A DNA stretch of 56,066 bases, the filler included, from Bipalium vagum (Eukaryota), in the NCBI GenBank assembly GCA_037834085.1. It is 3 parts of 3 records of this genome, joined end to end, with 100 filler letters (N's around TTAATTAATTAA, not from the genome) between each part and the next. Parts side by side here need not be neighbours in the genome. Positions count along the whole stretch, not along the records: positions 36,828 to 56,066 come from JBBMKC010006431.1; 2 more parts are not named here. One strand, 5' to 3'. The notes under the pieces were generated by a model. That model worked only from the letters and a program-made list of their open reading frames with translations, was not told the origin of the DNA and ran no database searches. Below, one piece after another: positions 52,850-56,066 of this stretch. Made by a program: the position numbers and the translations under genes. The stretch's first letter is position 1, and the number at the start of each line of letters is the position of its first letter.

Positions 52850-53745
52850 ATATATTTATGGAACAAGGTGTCTGTTTTCTAATTTCGTGTTGGAAATAAT
52901 ATTTCTTATTCCGAATCCCTGAAAATGTTACACAAAACATATAGAAATTAATGTATGTCTAATATTCCAGTTTAAGACTGGTTTCAGAATCTCAAAAACG
53001 GTTGACAAGCAATCGCCAAATTGGATTGTTCTGGAAGACCATGGTCATAAACAGCAGAAAAAACTTACATTATGTCAATCAAATAAATGTAAGTGTTTTC
53101 TCGACTCATCAATTTTTGACTCTTGTTCTGGACACGAGCAGGACTGTTGCTCCACTTGTTCCAAATGAGCTCAATGTTTTACAAAATATGTATAAGACAG
53201 AAATTACGGAAGACATGATTTCAGCAGCTACTATTGATCCCACCTTCACGAAACTAATCGTAATTGGTGATGGGACATGTGTTTACTAATTTGATATGCA
53301 GACTACCCAACAATACCGGAATGGTATATTGAAAATGATCCCAAATCAAAAAAACCACACATAATAAGTCGATAAAAATTAAGTTTTTGCTCATAGTTTT
53401 CTTTATCTATCGTGGTGTTGTTCAAGCTGAATTCCTTCCGAAGAATCAGACAGTCAATAAGGTTTATTAAATGAAAATTGTGAAGCGTTTATATGAAACT
53501 ATTCGTCGTAAGAAGAAAGATTTATAGAAAAGAAATTTGGCACCTTGATAATGCGCAATAGTTTTTTGTTAGTTTTTGGCCAAAAATAAAGCAAATATCA
53601 TTCAAAAGGAGTTTTCCTGACATGGCTCCATGTGATTTATTTGTCTTTCCACAAATAAAATTGTTAGTGCGATCAAAATGTTTCCAGTCGACTGACGATG
53701 TGAAGAGAAATTCGGTTCGTTGCATTGTTTTAGCTCTACAAATCA
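52850..53745 (+). mobile_element. Degenerate mariner remnant
   Basis: LVPNEL, VIGDGTCVY*FD, VVQAEFLP..QTVNK, HLDNA and PDMAPCDLFVFP motifs. Confidence 0.8.
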
Positions 53746-55564
53746 ATCTACCAAAAGTATACTTTTAACTTAAATATTAGGTGCAAATATAAGTTTTGAG
53801 GGAGTTTTGTAAATTAGAAGCATAAAATTTGAGAGGCGGAACAATATATTTCATTCAAAGTATTGTCCATCGCTAAGTAACACTTTCTCCCATCTCTTTC
53901 GTATCATATGAATTTCACGATCAAAGAACTCTATCTTTGGAGACAAGCCAAGAATCTATCGATTTCTCGCAATAATAATAAGATACACAAACGTATGGAA
54001 CAAATCTTTCCTGTTGAAATAATTCATAATAAAAGGTATAAATCAATATATGGATTTTTAAAGTTTAAACTAATGACCCCACACAACATTCTACAATAAA
54101 GAAGGACTCTAAATATATATAATCGGAAAATTACGATTGTAAATAGATAATTAAAATAAATAATATAAATTTTTAAATATTCTACAAGACGGAAACAATT
54201 ATTTCAATTAATTTACAAATTAAAACGGAGAATATTTTCTTTTTCTCATTGCCCTTTTCCCAGGCAAAGTAAAAGTCATTTTAATGCCACAATCTTCTAG
54301 AAGTCTTCAAATAGTTTTAGATGTGGAAATCAATTTTAAAAATATAAAATAAAATTAAATAAAAAGTGAAATATTATTTTTTTGAATTATGAATATGATG
54401 TATGGAAATTATTAACAAAAAAAGAAAGACGCTATCACAAAAAATCATCAAAAATGAAAATCTTTAATAAGTGAAAATAAAATCGAAAAAGTAAAAATCG
54501 GAAATAAAGAAATAATGATATAATGTAAAAAATATATATACCATAAATTTGAGGATTATTAATTAAATTTGGGAAGGGCACTTCAAAGAAATAAAAAAAA
54601 GAATTTTAAAGATATTTAATAAAAATTTAATAGAAAAAAATTAATTTCCGTTAATATTTATAATATTATATTGTACTTTTGTGCATTTATTTATTATTTT
54701 CACTTTAAAGATTTTGTGAAAATTATATCAATAATAATTATTAATTAAGGAAGAAAGACTTTAATTTTAATTACTTTTTTTCAAATGAAAAAACGAAATT
54801 TAATAATCTCAAAAATTATGCCTGAAGAATAAATTTTTAAAGACAATCTTATTGATTGATTTCAAATCCACGGGGATATTTATAAATTTAGATCATTTAA
54901 AAGTTTCTAATTTATAATTTTAAATATGTTAATAAATTAAAACAAAAATTAAAACGAAACCTATCTTAAATATTTCATAATTTTTATATTTCTTAACTCG
55001 TTAACGTTATAAAATACAAATTCAAATTTTGTCACTGATCGATTGAAGTGGATGTAGAAAAATCAATTGTCACGACGAAATAATAATATATTCATAAATA
55101 TTTTCGTTTTTTATGAAATAATGAAGAACGAAGTAAAGTAAGATAACTTTTTTATTATTCCTCAAAGTAATTGAACTCAATGGTCTTAACCCATCTTTCT
55201 GTCACCTGTTCCATCCAGTGATGATAAAATTCTTGGCATCAATTTTCATTTTTTTCAAATCATTAAATGTATGCCATTTGAAGAAATGCCCCATTGCTCA
55301 GAAAAGATTATAGTCCGATGAAACAAGGTTTTTCCTGGATGTGGGAAAAAAACAGATTCCAACTCCTTGATCTTTTCAAGTGCTTTTCTGCGTTGTGTGG
55401 TCTAGCATTATCTTGGTTTAGAAGTACCATATTTCTTTTGATTAATGAGGGGTATTTCTGCTATATCTTATATATAGCCAAAAGAAATAATTGAATGGTT
55501 TGGCTACAACAAGACTCAAGTTTATGACTTGGCAAAGTTCCAACCTCTATGCATTCTATGTTTC

Positions 55565-55930
55565 CAGCTTCAGTTATGGTGTGAGGTGTAGTTAGTAGTG
55601 AAGGCCATGTAATTCTATCTCACTTTTTCCCACGTAGTCTTAAAGTGGATGATGACACCTATATCGGAGTATTAGACGCGATGTTCAAACCGTGGGTGAA
55701 TGAAATAGCCGGTGAGAGATTGTATGTTGTCCAACAAGACTTGGCTTCTGTTCATAATGGTAGAAAAACGCAAGCATGGCTTTACGAAAAGCTGCCCTAT
55801 CATTAGTCACCTGATTAAAGGCATCCCATTAGTCCGGATTTCAATCCTCTCAATTATTATCTATGGGCGTGGCTGAGTCACGAGTTAACTCCAAATCACA
55901 TAACACAATCAAGTCCTTACAGGAGAGACA
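55565..55930 (+). mobile_element. maT/DD37D-like Tc1-mariner transposase fragment
   Basis: VMV*GVVSSEG, QQDLASVH and PISPDFNPLNYY (WPPnSPDLNPLDY type) motifs. Confidence 0.7.
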
Positions 55931-56066
55931 TTATACAAGTACTGTAAAATCTCGAGTATAAGCTGTAGCGGGTATTAGTTGCAGATGACATTTTATAAAA
56001 ATGTATTTTTTAGTCGTATAAACTGCAGCACGTATTAGCTGCACCATTTACGTTGAAAACACATGA

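Noticed and set aside
1-56066. CRISPR arrays, operons or other prokaryotic systems; most short ORFs in the ORF track
   Set aside because: The DNA is eukaryotic with spliced genes and no regularly spaced repeat-spacer array. The short ORFs are TE debris, antisense shadows or AT-rich noise.

Overview
Very AT-rich animal (metazoan) genomic DNA with spliceosomal GT-AG introns. Two host genes can be reconstructed by hand on the minus strand. The first is the 5' part of a SHANK-family scaffold gene (7 exons, SPN + ankyrin repeats; it runs off the left edge). The second is a complete but miniaturised ZCCHC8-like PSP-domain gene (6 exons, ~227 aa, no zinc knuckle). Much of the rest is decayed transposons (many mariner/Tc1 copies, a maT-like copy, two Merlin/IS1595-like copies, a Ty3/Gypsy RNase H fragment, a MITE), microsatellites and two 100-bp assembly gaps with an artificial TTAATTAATTAA linker. 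The most interesting signal is a pair of tRNA-Ala-like sequences (3118-3189 + and 30024-30095 -) that sit inside ~115-bp TG...CA/TA LTR-like units. One is a solo unit with a 5-bp target-site duplication. The other is preceded by a polypurine tract, a 127-bp non-coding interior and a tRNA-Arg-type primer-binding site. This is the architecture of a miniature LTR retrotransposon (TRIM) whose LTR is built from a tRNA gene. All analysis was by eye; no database searches were run, and protein family comparisons are from memory.
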